Positions 28,821 through 36,814 of a stretch of DNA of 44,774 bases are shown here, piece after piece (positions within the stretch are counted from its first letter, which is position 1; each line of letters begins with the position of its first letter). The stretch is from a virus. The notes under the pieces are model-generated. The model was not told where the DNA came from and did not search any database. It worked only from the letters and a program-made list of their open reading frames with translations. Both the position numbers and the translations under genes were made by a program. Location of the stretch: positions 1 to 44,774 of IMG/VR virus record IMGVR_UViG_3300022542_000190, one strand, 5' to 3'.

Positions 28821-29746
28821 TCTATCTCCAAATCCAAAGTAATCCAAGGGTCAAATGGTCTTTCAGTTTGCTTGACTTCTTTTGAACTCAACATTAATTT
28901 AATAGTAGCTAGATTTCGCGATTCGCATAGTTCATAAAATTTGCAGACTTTACCAAATCCAATACAAGACGCTCCACGCCTAGGAAACCATTCAGTTTGA
29001 ATATAAGTTTTAATTGCTGTTAAATCTACGATTAAATCCTGTGTCCATTCTTGTATATCTTGTTCAGATTTGTAATATTCTAAAGGGATAATTTCTGATT
29101 CTAGTAAGTGCACTTTCGTTACTAAGTATTCTACGTCTAAGTCTTTAATATCTTGGTTTAGCGCGCGTTTTAATACGAGTGCGTAAGGTAAACACTGAGA
29201 ATCCCAGCGCCATTTTGCATGAATATCTTTAATATTGTAAGTAGTACCTTTGAGGTCAACTATTTTATATTGGTTTTGTAGACGGTCATAGAATATGAAA
29301 TCGATATAACCGCGATAAACTACAGGCATTAAATCTTTAATACCATGATGGATATTGATTAAGAAAGGTACTTCAACTGCTTGCTTTCCGTCTATTATGG
29401 CAAGTTCTAATTCAGGGTGTAAATCTATGTAAGTAATTAGTTTCATTAAACCAGCATAAGTAGCTTCTAAAGACCAATTCCATAATGGATTAGAGCATAA
29501 GTCAATAGGGTATTGTAACATGAGTTCTAAAATTGCTGCTGTTTTGTCTTTAGTTTGGAGATACACACCTGCTGCTGCGTGTAAAGAATTACCTGCTTCG
29601 CCTGCTGTACCACGGTCGCGCAAATTGTATTTGAACAGCTTGGCGAATTCTAGTTTACGTGGGCAAGAATGATACGCTTGTACAGTAGAATGAGATAGTT
29701 CTAATGTAGTAGCAGGGTAGCCAGAAGTTTGAGTTAGGATGTTCAT
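28817..29746 (-). CDS. Cas4/RecB-like PD-(D/E)XK exonuclease with Fe-S cluster cysteines
   Basis: N-terminal YHSCPRKLEF, the core GYIDFIF...IVDLKG, and C-terminal C-x7-C-x5-C (SCIGFGKVCKFYELC). Confidence 0.75.
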   Translation of the reverse strand: MNILTQTSGYPATTLELSHSTVQAYHSCPRKLEFAKLFKYNLRDRGTAGEAGNSLHAAAGVYLQTKDKTAAILELMLQYPIDLCSNPLWNWSLEATYAGLMKLITYIDLHPELELAIIDGKQAVEVPFLINIHHGIKDLMPVVYRGYIDFIFYDRLQNQYKIVDLKGTTYNIKDIHAKWRWDSQCLPYALVLKRALNQDIKDLDVEYLVTKVHLLESEIIPLEYYKSEQDIQEWTQDLIVDLTAIKTYIQTEWFPRRGASCIGFGKVCKFYELCESRNLATIKLMLSSKEVKQTERPFDPWITLDLEIE

Positions 29747-29750
29747 CTAA

Positions 29751-29915
29751 TTATTCTTCTTTGCTAAAATGGTCATGAATCCACGTAGAAAGATTTTCTT
29801 CAAACTCTTCAGGTGTTGTGTCTGGATTCTTTGATTTCATATCTTGTATTCTATTCATGATATATTCTGCACATTCAGCACATTCATATTCTAATTGTGT
29901 TTGTTCTTTACTCAT
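29751..29915 (-). CDS. Small acidic ORF (54 aa: MSKEQTQLEYECAECAEY...), absent from the ORF track
   Basis: Strong AAGGAG RBS 6 nt upstream. Fills the 179-bp gap. Confidence 0.55.
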   Translation of the reverse strand: MSKEQTQLEYECAECAEYIMNRIQDMKSKNPDTTPEEFEENLSTWIHDHFSKEE

Positions 29916-29925
29916 GTGGAACTCC

Positions 29926-30684
29926 TTAAAACTTCAACATATCTAGTGAATTCAAAATATCATTTTGTTCTGCTGCTTTTTTAACTCGTTTAGCAGATTT
30001 TTGCACTTGATTAGTTGCAACGTAGCCATACGATTTAGCCATTGTTTGTACCAACTTGCCAATTTCCGCTGGTTTTAATATCTCAGCTAAAAAAGCATGT
30101 TCTTTCATGAATTTTAAAGTATCAGATAGAACACTAGGAATATCAGAACCAACTGCATCTAGTAAACCATCTAACATACCAGAGAATTTTAAAGCAATTT
30201 CTTCTGTAGATTCATCTGGCTGTTCTGTAAAAACAAATTTAGATAAATCTTCTATGGTTGCAGAACGACTATTATTCTGTTGAATGGACGATGTTTGCGC
30301 GGACGCTTCGGCATCATCTGGCGGCGATGTTTCCGCAATTTCATTTGAGATATCGCCGAGGATACTAGAGATTGAATTATCAGATAGTATGGAGTTAGTT
30401 TGCATAACAGAGGCAAGTTCTTTAAGAGGTGAATTACTACTGACTTCGTCGTGTATTGTAGTCGGCTGTTCTTCATCTGTAGATACTGGTTTAGTTTTTG
30501 CCACTCCGATTCCAAGTTTAAATGGTTTAGGTTTTGCGTTTGTATTAATACATTGCTGCACGGTTTTAACTGGTTCAGTAGGTCGTCTGTTTTTGAGTAT
30601 AAAGCTAGTTTCTGTGACTGCTTGTTTAATTCCAGTTTCATTTGATAAACCTTTTGAGTTTTTTAACGTATCTAAGATTGACAT
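29926..30684 (-). CDS. Acidic S/T-rich hypothetical protein (252 aa)
   Basis: Longest ORF at this locus, with an AAGGAA RBS. Confidence 0.5.
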   Translation of the reverse strand: MSILDTLKNSKGLSNETGIKQAVTETSFILKNRRPTEPVKTVQQCINTNAKPKPFKLGIGVAKTKPVSTDEEQPTTIHDEVSSNSPLKELASVMQTNSILSDNSISSILGDISNEIAETSPPDDAEASAQTSSIQQNNSRSATIEDLSKFVFTEQPDESTEEIALKFSGMLDGLLDAVGSDIPSVLSDTLKFMKEHAFLAEILKPAEIGKLVQTMAKSYGYVATNQVQKSAKRVKKAAEQNDILNSLDMLKF

Positions 30685-30695
30685 GATTAAATTCC

Positions 30696-31190
30696 TTATT
30701 CTGGATTAGTTAAGAAATCTAAAACATCATTGATTTCTTCTGATTTTTTCTTGGCTGCGCGAGCACGTTCTTTAGATTTAATTAAAGTAATAACACATTT
30801 GATTTCAGATTCTATTACAATGGATTGTGTTAAAACGTAAAAGCGATTTAATGGTTTATTAAGTTTGATAATTTGAGCACGAAAACGGGATAGCTCAACT
30901 CGCATACGCTGGATAAACATTTGCGCGGATTCATACGTACCATTATGTGGTATAATATAAGGGGAATCGAAGGGTGCTGTTTTTATGAATTCGATTAGAG
31001 TTTCTTTGGCTGATTTATTCGGGACTAATTCTTTTGTCGTTGTTTCGAGAATATCATCGGCGAAATCGAAATCGGAATCGGTGAAAGAAAGAGAGTCCAT
31101 AGATAAATCTGGTACTATTTTTTCATCATCAATAATGATTGTGTCTGGACGAGATAATATATTTAATTTAGGTTTTGTTTCATCAGTCAT
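30696..31190 (-). CDS. Hypothetical protein (164 aa), first gene after the minus-strand promoter
   Basis: AAGGA RBS. A consensus promoter lies 25 nt upstream. Confidence 0.5.
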   Translation of the reverse strand: MTDETKPKLNILSRPDTIIIDDEKIVPDLSMDSLSFTDSDFDFADDILETTTKELVPNKSAKETLIEFIKTAPFDSPYIIPHNGTYESAQMFIQRMRVELSRFRAQIIKLNKPLNRFYVLTQSIVIESEIKCVITLIKSKERARAAKKKSEEINDVLDFLTNPE

Positions 31191-31214
31191 AATTTAGTAT
31201 CCTTGTGAAGAATC

Positions 31215-31243
31215 AGTATAGCACAGGGTTGGTCATTTGTCAA
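31215..31243 (-). promoter_or_regulatory. Near-consensus sigma70-type promoter with an extended -10 and an upstream A-tract
   Basis: Minus strand reads AAAAAAAGC TTGACA, N17 ending in TGC, then TATACT. Confidence 0.7.
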
Positions 31244-31257
31244 GCTTTTTTTAATGT

Positions 31258-31461
31258 TTATTCGGTTAATTGTTTTACAGCTAAATTAAGTTCTTTTTGT
31301 AGTTGGATAAGTTCATCGTTTATATCTGGAATACAAGAGCTTTCATCTTTTTCTAATAACGTAGTTAAAAATGCAAGACGTACACAGGCTTTATATATGA
31401 ATACAGCTAGAATTGGTGCATAGTTATCTATAGTTTCTTGTGTGTTTTTTGTATCAGTCAT
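31258..31461 (-). CDS. Hypothetical protein (67 aa)
   Basis: ATGA overlap with the upstream gene. Confidence 0.45.
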   Translation of the reverse strand: MTDTKNTQETIDNYAPILAVFIYKACVRLAFLTTLLEKDESSCIPDINDELIQLQKELNLAVKQLTE

Positions 31462-31718
31462 TTTTCTTGCTCCAGTTTGTTTATATAATAATTAACAGCT
31501 GTATTATATTTATGAGTTAAACCTAAATTTATATTTTCTTGCTGTGGTAAATCCCAAAAAGATATAAATTTAGAATCATCTTTTTTAAACATGTTTTTTA
31601 GTTTAATAATAGCTTCGCCACAAGTGTAACAATAGATAGTGAAATTTTGTTTTTCAAAACTAATCCCTGTAGGTTTTTCGCATAAACTACATTTGATTAT
31701 ATGATGATTATTACTCAT
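31458..31718 (-). CDS. Zinc-ribbon protein (86 aa)
   Basis: CSLC...CYTC cysteine pairs. Confidence 0.45.
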   Translation of the reverse strand: MSNNHHIIKCSLCEKPTGISFEKQNFTIYCYTCGEAIIKLKNMFKKDDSKFISFWDLPQQENINLGLTHKYNTAVNYYINKLEQEK

Positions 31719-31986
31719 AGTTTAATTCCATGTAATCATGTATTGCATCTTCTGAGGGTTCATTCAGTTTAGACGCGCCACAATAAGGACAGCATTCAAT
31801 ATTGGATTTATATAAAGTAGTACCCAGTTTTATACAGTTATGTGACCAGTTGCCTTCTTGACCTAAAGTATTTAAAATATCGTATCGTTCTTCCCAAGTC
31901 CACGGGCGATACTTTAAAAATTTAACTCGCCATAACGGAAAATAGATAATGTTGTTTTTAATATTTGTTTGGTCATACGTATACAT
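31711..31986 (-). CDS. Hypothetical Cys-containing protein (91 aa)
   Basis: Start trimmed from the TTG at 32046 to the ATG at 31986. Contains a CPYC motif. Confidence 0.45.
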   Translation of the reverse strand: MYTYDQTNIKNNIIYFPLWRVKFLKYRPWTWEERYDILNTLGQEGNWSHNCIKLGTTLYKSNIECCPYCGASKLNEPSEDAIHDYMELNYE

Positions 31987-31988
31987 AG

Positions 31989-32129
31989 TTATAAACTCAG
32001 TAAACCCATTAAAATAATAAATCCCACAATCCCTAGTGATAGCCAAAATTCCACCAATACTACAAACAGAGCTATTGATAACTGAATGAATTCTTTCATA
32101 GAATAATAGATATTTGCAATATGGCGCAT
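31989..32129 (-). CDS. Candidate small membrane peptide (46 aa: MRHIANIYYSMKEFIQLSIALFVVLVEFWLSLGIVGFIILMGLLSL)
   Basis: ATG with GGGAG about 11 nt upstream. The stop lies 2 nt before ATG 31986. Competes with the TTG-extended reading of the downstream gene. Confidence 0.35.
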   Translation of the reverse strand: MRHIANIYYSMKEFIQLSIALFVVLVEFWLSLGIVGFIILMGLLSL

Positions 32130-32153
32130 TTTGATTTTACTCCCTATTAATGT

Positions 32154-32453
32154 TTAATGTTTAAAGAATACTGATTTAAAACCAGATTCTAGTTTGTAAA
32201 TAACTGCATCATCTGTACTTGATAATTTGCGGAATACTTCCATTATGTATTGCACAGAATTTGAAGCATCTATGGTTGAGGAATGGCGTTGAATTTCATA
32301 CACAGGCTTTAGAGGGTCAACATCTGCGGAGGGTTTTAAACCTTTGGGCTTCTCATTTTCGCGTAATGATTTCAATTGGTTCAATCTTATCATTGCACAT
32401 TGTTGGTAGTGCGAATGGTTGCGAAATGATGTTTCTGTTTTTATGTTTAACAT
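32154..32453 (-). CDS. Hypothetical protein (99 aa)
   Basis: ORF in the gene run. No motif recognised. Confidence 0.45.
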   Translation of the reverse strand: MLNIKTETSFRNHSHYQQCAMIRLNQLKSLRENEKPKGLKPSADVDPLKPVYEIQRHSSTIDASNSVQYIMEVFRKLSSTDDAVIYKLESGFKSVFFKH

Positions 32454-32482
32454 TGTAGTAGTTCCTTTTTGGTTGGTTGTTG

Positions 32483-32683
32483 TTATAAATTTAATGCGAT
32501 TCTTATTTTTATAAAATCTAACATTTGTGCTTTTGTGTAATGTAGTTTGTTATCATTTAAAGGTGCTCCGATACTGTATAAAATATTATACACATCATCA
32601 TGGCCTTTAGCGTATAGTTTTATTTGTTCTTTTAAATCTTCTATCTCTAATTGTTGCTTAGTTATCAGTTCATTTTCATTCAT
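32483..32683 (-). CDS. Hypothetical coiled-coil protein (66 aa)
   Basis: AAGGAA RBS. Confidence 0.45.
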   Translation of the reverse strand: MNENELITKQQLEIEDLKEQIKLYAKGHDDVYNILYSIGAPLNDNKLHYTKAQMLDFIKIRIALNL

Positions 32684-32970
32684 TTTTATAGTTCCTTATC
32701 TGCGGTTGTAATAAAATCAAAATCGTTTATCAGGGTGGGTATTATTGCCAAATTAGTCAGGAGTAAAGCGTAACCATTCGGCAGATTTTCACTTTTAGAA
32801 CGCAGAACGTTATCCGTCCTACGGACATGGTAAATTGCGTAAAGGTTCTTAATTCTAAACTCTCAGGGCTTTGCAGCCCTTCTAGTTTAAACAAATCAAA
32901 ACCCAAATATTTGAAATCTACGTTTCGCATTGCTTTGTTTCGCTCACGCTCCACGGCGCAAAACTCAACC
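32684..32970 (-). other. 287-bp non-coding gap with structured elements (candidate ncRNA or regulatory region)
   Basis: No convincing ORF. Extended hairpin at 32854-32891 capped on the minus strand by a GCAA (GNRA) loop. Second hairpin GTCC-GTA-GGAC. Long-range complementarity between GCGAAACGU and ACGUUCUGC. Confidence 0.4.
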
Positions 32971-34758
32971 CTAGCTAATCTCCGTCGGTTCTGCCAAATT
33001 CGGCATTATAGTATCTTGCTTACCTGATAGTTTAATAAACTGCTCTGCTTTCTCTGCAATAGTTTTGCCTTTTAGCAATTGGCGGTTGATAGCTTGTGTA
33101 ATTCCGCGCTGATTAGTCAGTAGGATAACTCTTTCTTTCGCTCTAGTTGTAACTGTGTATAACCATTCGCGTGTAAGCATTATTAAATTAGCGGAATGAA
33201 CTAATATAACAACAGTTGGATATTCTGAGCCTTGTGACTTATGACCAGTCATTGCGTATGAGTGAATAATCTTCTGAAATGAACCCGCACTTTCAAAGTA
33301 AACAGGTTCATCTACATTTTGAAACTTAACCCGCATTGAGTGCGAGGCCTGCCGTTCGGATTCCTCAACTTCATCTTTTACATTTTCCTGCGAGTCTATC
33401 TCGTCTTTCAAATTGGATAAGTCTATAATCGCATCTGATTTTAAACCAGCTAACATTTGTTCTGCTATGGCTTCGCCTTTGAATCGTTTGTTAGGTGCGA
33501 TTTCCTCAATCACGCCTATCATTCCATTAGTTAAACCTTTCTCACGGTCGTTAGCTGTCAACATAACCTTGTCGCCGATTGCGAAAGTATGATGGTGATA
33601 ACCCGCTGTAATAACTACAGGTGGATTAATCGGAATACCTTCAATTTCGCGCGTAGGATTGAAATATCTAACTAACTTTTCATTAAAAGCAACTTGGCCT
33701 AGTGTATCTTTATTTTGTGGAACTATGAAAGCATCTTCTAATGGATTGAATAATCCTTTTTTATGTAACGTCTGGATAACCGCGCAGGATTTCGTAAAGG
33801 CGGAAAAGGCGGAATCGGGCAAATCCATAATCACGAATTTCTTATCATCTTTCACAGGTCTACGGCCTTTTATAATTCTATCTGCATTGGCTATTATAGG
33901 ATTGTCCGCAGCTTGGCGGTGAATCGTATCTAGTACGAAAGTCGGCCATTTAGTTATTGCGAAGCCTAGAACAGAGCGACCTGTAACTGGTGGCAACTGG
34001 TTTAAATCCCCGATTAATATAAATCTACAATTATCAGGACAAGCTGCGATAAGTTCATTCCATAGATAAATAGGTACACTACCAGCTTCATCTACTATTA
34101 CAAGTTTCAAGTTTAATTTGTTATGCTTCGTAAATTGAGGACGGAAAACCTTAACTTGGCGCATTTCCTTAGTTTCTGGGTCTAGTTTATCTATGTACTC
34201 AGGCGCATATCCCAGCGTGCTATGTATAGTATTGCAAAGTTCGTGATATTCAGTAGGTAATGCACGTTTAATTTGCTGAACTGCTTTACCCATAAACGAT
34301 ACAAAAGCCACAGATATATTTAAATCTTTTGTATCTGTTCGGTGATTTTCCAATCGGTTTTGGTTTAAATCTATCGTTGGGATAGTCGGTAAAATCCTGT
34401 TTAATATTTCCTTAACAACTGTTGTTTTACCCACGCCAGCCTGACCGATTAGACAACCGTATTTTTGAAACTCTAAACCCTCTACAGCTTTTAACTGAGA
34501 ATCATCTAATATAATACTAGAATCGGTTAAATTAGAGGGTAAGTTTAAATCAATTAAACCCTCTAATTCTTCTCGATGTTCTTTGCCGAATTCGTAACTC
34601 TTAGCCTGCTGCTTTTCTATATCTCGCTCAGCTTGTTCGGCTTTACGTTTGGTAATACCTGAGCCGCGAATTGTGGAATTAACCACGGATTTTATAAGTG
34701 GCTTGTGTTTCGTTTTACTGGATTTATTTAATAAATCTTTCAGTGATTGTTTACTCAT
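32971..34758 (-). CDS. RecD/Dda-like SF1 DNA helicase
   Basis: Walker A GQAGVGKTT, Walker B VIVDEAGSV, then GDLNQLPPV, TIHRQ, MTGHKSQGSEYP and YTVTTRAKERV. Confidence 0.85.
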   Translation of the reverse strand: MSKQSLKDLLNKSSKTKHKPLIKSVVNSTIRGSGITKRKAEQAERDIEKQQAKSYEFGKEHREELEGLIDLNLPSNLTDSSIILDDSQLKAVEGLEFQKYGCLIGQAGVGKTTVVKEILNRILPTIPTIDLNQNRLENHRTDTKDLNISVAFVSFMGKAVQQIKRALPTEYHELCNTIHSTLGYAPEYIDKLDPETKEMRQVKVFRPQFTKHNKLNLKLVIVDEAGSVPIYLWNELIAACPDNCRFILIGDLNQLPPVTGRSVLGFAITKWPTFVLDTIHRQAADNPIIANADRIIKGRRPVKDDKKFVIMDLPDSAFSAFTKSCAVIQTLHKKGLFNPLEDAFIVPQNKDTLGQVAFNEKLVRYFNPTREIEGIPINPPVVITAGYHHHTFAIGDKVMLTANDREKGLTNGMIGVIEEIAPNKRFKGEAIAEQMLAGLKSDAIIDLSNLKDEIDSQENVKDEVEESERQASHSMRVKFQNVDEPVYFESAGSFQKIIHSYAMTGHKSQGSEYPTVVILVHSANLIMLTREWLYTVTTRAKERVILLTNQRGITQAINRQLLKGKTIAEKAEQFIKLSGKQDTIMPNLAEPTEIS

Positions 34759-34898
34759 AGTTTAGCCTCTTCTTTTAAATCATATAATAGTTTGTTAATT
34801 TGTTCACCTGTGAAATGTTTAACAGGTTTCTGTTTTGTTGCTAAAGCTAATAAAAACTCTATTACGTCAATTACTTCGTCTAGTGTATTGTCGTCCAT
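34755..34898 (-). CDS. Small ORF (47 aa: MDDNTLDEVIDVIEFLLALATKQKPVKHFTGEQINKLLYDLKEEAKL), absent from the ORF track
   Basis: AAAGGAA RBS. ATGA overlap with the helicase start. Confidence 0.5.
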   Translation of the reverse strand: MDDNTLDEVIDVIEFLLALATKQKPVKHFTGEQINKLLYDLKEEAKL

Positions 34899-34902
34899 TG
34901 TT
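34881..34902. repeat. 22-bp direct repeat, copy A (TAGTGTATTGTCGTCCATTGTT)
   Basis: Matches 35001-35022 with 1 mismatch, exactly 120 bp away. Covers the start codon and first 6 codons (MDDNTL) of a small ORF. Confidence 0.9.
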
Positions 34903-34922
34903 ATTTATTCCTTTTTAATTAA

Positions 34923-35018
34923 TTACAATGTACCCAAATATATCAAAGTATAAAATAATACACACCATAATATAATGCTTAAAATGTTTAATACTTTACA
35001 TAGTGTATTATCGTCCAT
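34923..35018 (-). CDS. Candidate hydrophobic micropeptide (31 aa: MDDNTLCKVLNILSIILWCVLFYTLIYLGTL)
   Basis: AAGGA RBS. Shares its first 6 codons with the next small ORF through the 22-bp repeat. Confidence 0.35.
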   Translation of the reverse strand: MDDNTLCKVLNILSIILWCVLFYTLIYLGTL

Positions 35019-35022
35019 TGTT
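35001..35022. repeat. 22-bp direct repeat, copy B
   Basis: See copy A. Confidence 0.9.
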
Positions 35023-36246
35023 TCAATCCTTATCTTTATTTATATTAATATTTAACTTAAGTTTAAAACCTTGCTTCGGTGCTTTAAATCTGTTTAAGGG
35101 TTCACCTGTAATACAATCTAAACCTTGCTGATTAGCATCGAATAATCTCGAATTTCCGCGCCCTTTGAAATCTTTCAACAAATCATCGTTTTCCGTTTCC
35201 TTATCCCAGAAGCCCTTCAAATCATATAATATAGACTCTTTGTTATTCTGATTTCTGATTGACGGCTGTTTATGAAAATTCGACAACCCGCTAAACCTAG
35301 CTTTAATTTCTGCAATTGTTCCCGAATGCAAATTTTCATTCTTTAACTTAACTGCATAGCCTTCTTGTTTCTTATGCTTAACTCTTTTAAAGTGCGTAGT
35401 AAATAATAACTTAATCGCGGTCTTTAATTCTTCTGTAAACAGTTTTAGACTTGTACTATCTTCTGTAACTTCGTGCAGGAATGAGAATGAAAACTTAACT
35501 AGACTAGCGACTTTCTCCGGATTCGCTAAACCTAAAAATCGCCGCAACAACTCGTTGCATTCAGTTATATCTAATTCATCGTGATATAAGTTTAAATTTC
35601 TATTCGCTATTATTTTATCTTGCAAGTTAAAATATCTCACAGATATATTAGCCGGTATATCATTACTAAAGAAATCCTCGGGCTTATCTTGTTGTGGAAA
35701 GTCACTAAGGAAATCTGTTAAATTCTTATCTTCTGTACTTTCCTTGCCAGCTTGTGACATTGGCGGTTTTGTATTTAAATTGGATTTCTTAACAATATCA
35801 GCATGGAATAAATAACTAGCTGCATAGATGAAAAATCCCTGTGGGTCGAAGTACATCAACTTATTCAGCGTTTTCGGTTCCGAGTGCAACCATAGTGGGT
35901 TGTACTTCGCGCAAGCATCCAGCCTTAACAATTCCAATGCTTCCTCTTTCCCATGTACTGCAATCAATAACTTTAACTTATCAATATCTACTTTGTTCAA
36001 CTCCGCACCTGTTTTATTACAATACTGAATCATCAAAGGTGCAAAATCTTTGTCATTTGCCGTTAACAATAAATTCAAATCTATTTTACTAGTCTCTCTT
36101 TCTATCTTATTTTCTACTGCATTTAAATTAACACTAATTAATCTATCTAGTGCTTTTTCAAATATCTTTTTATTGTGTAAAATCTCATTCTTTTTGTATC
36201 TTTTTCTGTTTGTTTTATTCTCTATTTGTTCTGTAAATTCTATCAT
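35023..36246 (-). CDS. Orphan 407-aa protein, first gene of the leftward arm next to the repeat hub
   Basis: AAAGGA RBS. K/N/E-rich with no recognisable catalytic motif. Confidence 0.6.
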   Translation of the reverse strand: MIEFTEQIENKTNRKRYKKNEILHNKKIFEKALDRLISVNLNAVENKIERETSKIDLNLLLTANDKDFAPLMIQYCNKTGAELNKVDIDKLKLLIAVHGKEEALELLRLDACAKYNPLWLHSEPKTLNKLMYFDPQGFFIYAASYLFHADIVKKSNLNTKPPMSQAGKESTEDKNLTDFLSDFPQQDKPEDFFSNDIPANISVRYFNLQDKIIANRNLNLYHDELDITECNELLRRFLGLANPEKVASLVKFSFSFLHEVTEDSTSLKLFTEELKTAIKLLFTTHFKRVKHKKQEGYAVKLKNENLHSGTIAEIKARFSGLSNFHKQPSIRNQNNKESILYDLKGFWDKETENDDLLKDFKGRGNSRLFDANQQGLDCITGEPLNRFKAPKQGFKLKLNININKDKD

Positions 36247-36359
36247 TACTTATTTATCCTTTTAATTAAATTTAATATTCTAATCCTCACGAATTGCTAT
36301 TTATAATTTAATCTTAGTTGTTATTACTTATAAATCAATTTTTATTTTCTAACCCTACG

Positions 36360-36388
36360 AGGGTATCATATCCTTTAATCCTTGTCAA
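36360..36388 (-). promoter_or_regulatory. Candidate leftward promoter: TTGACA, N17, TACCCT
   Basis: Minus strand reads GAAGAAAGGAC TTGACAAGG ... TACCCT. The upstream and -35 block resembles 43744-43766. The palindrome ACCCT-CGT-AGGGT overlaps the -10. Confidence 0.4.
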
Positions 36389-36470
36389 GTCCTTTCTTCA
36401 TATTTATTCTTGAGGGCTTTCCCCGCTTCTATTCCTTATATATAGGGCTTTAAAAAACTATTCTCTTACA

Positions 36471-36542
36471 ACATTTCATAAACCATAACATAACAACATT
36501 TCCTTTCCACATTTCATAACCCATACCATTACGGATTACACC
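36471..36542. repeat. Left arm of a long imperfect inverted repeat (perfect 20-bp core ATACCATTACGGATTACACC at 36523-36542)
   Basis: The reverse complement of 37035-37098 starts with ACATTTCAT and ends with the identical 20-mer. The arm also contains the direct repeat ACATTTCATAA(A)CC at 36471 and 36509. Confidence 0.85.
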
Positions 36543-36628
36543 ACTTTATGACCTGCACACGCAAAACCCTAATTGACCCCTATTTTCAAAACTCCCTATA
36601 ACTTTTATTCACCCCTTAATCTATATCT

Positions 36629-36664
36629 AGTTATCCCTATAGTTATCTACCCAGTTATCACCAG
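36629..36664. repeat. Three tandem 12-bp units AGTTATCnnnnn
   Basis: AGTTATCCCTAT, AGTTATCTACCC and AGTTATCACCAG, read directly. Confidence 0.85.
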
Positions 36665-36760
36665 TACTTCTATCCCTCCCCTTATGATTATTAAATTTTA
36701 GCAGGGGTCTATATACTATGTTATGTTATACCTTATGAAATCTCCTTTATGCCTTTCACT

Positions 36761-36814
36761 TATCTATTTTATCTATTCTACCTGTACTATCTACTCTATC
36801 TATTCTATCTGCAC
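36761..36814. repeat. Six tandem 9-bp units (consensus TATCTAYTC), iteron-like
   Basis: TATCTATTT, TATCTATTC, TACCTGTAC, TATCTACTC, TATCTATTC and TATCTGCAC, read directly. Confidence 0.9.

Noticed and set aside
30252-30709. Three alternative-frame or antisense ORFs (30252..30641 -, 30284..30709 +, 30451..30645 +)
   Set aside because: All are nested within the longer 29926..30684 ORF, which fits the operon spacing. No independent signals support them.
32757-32954. 65-aa ORF (GTG start; 57 aa from ATG 32930) in the 32.7-33.0 kb gap
   Set aside because: It has no credible RBS, its middle is the GNRA hairpin, and its composition is atypical. It is kept as an alternative in the finding and not called as a CDS.
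36761-36814. Tandem repeats as a CRISPR array
   Set aside because: The units are 9 bp and contiguous with no spacers, and no cas genes are present.
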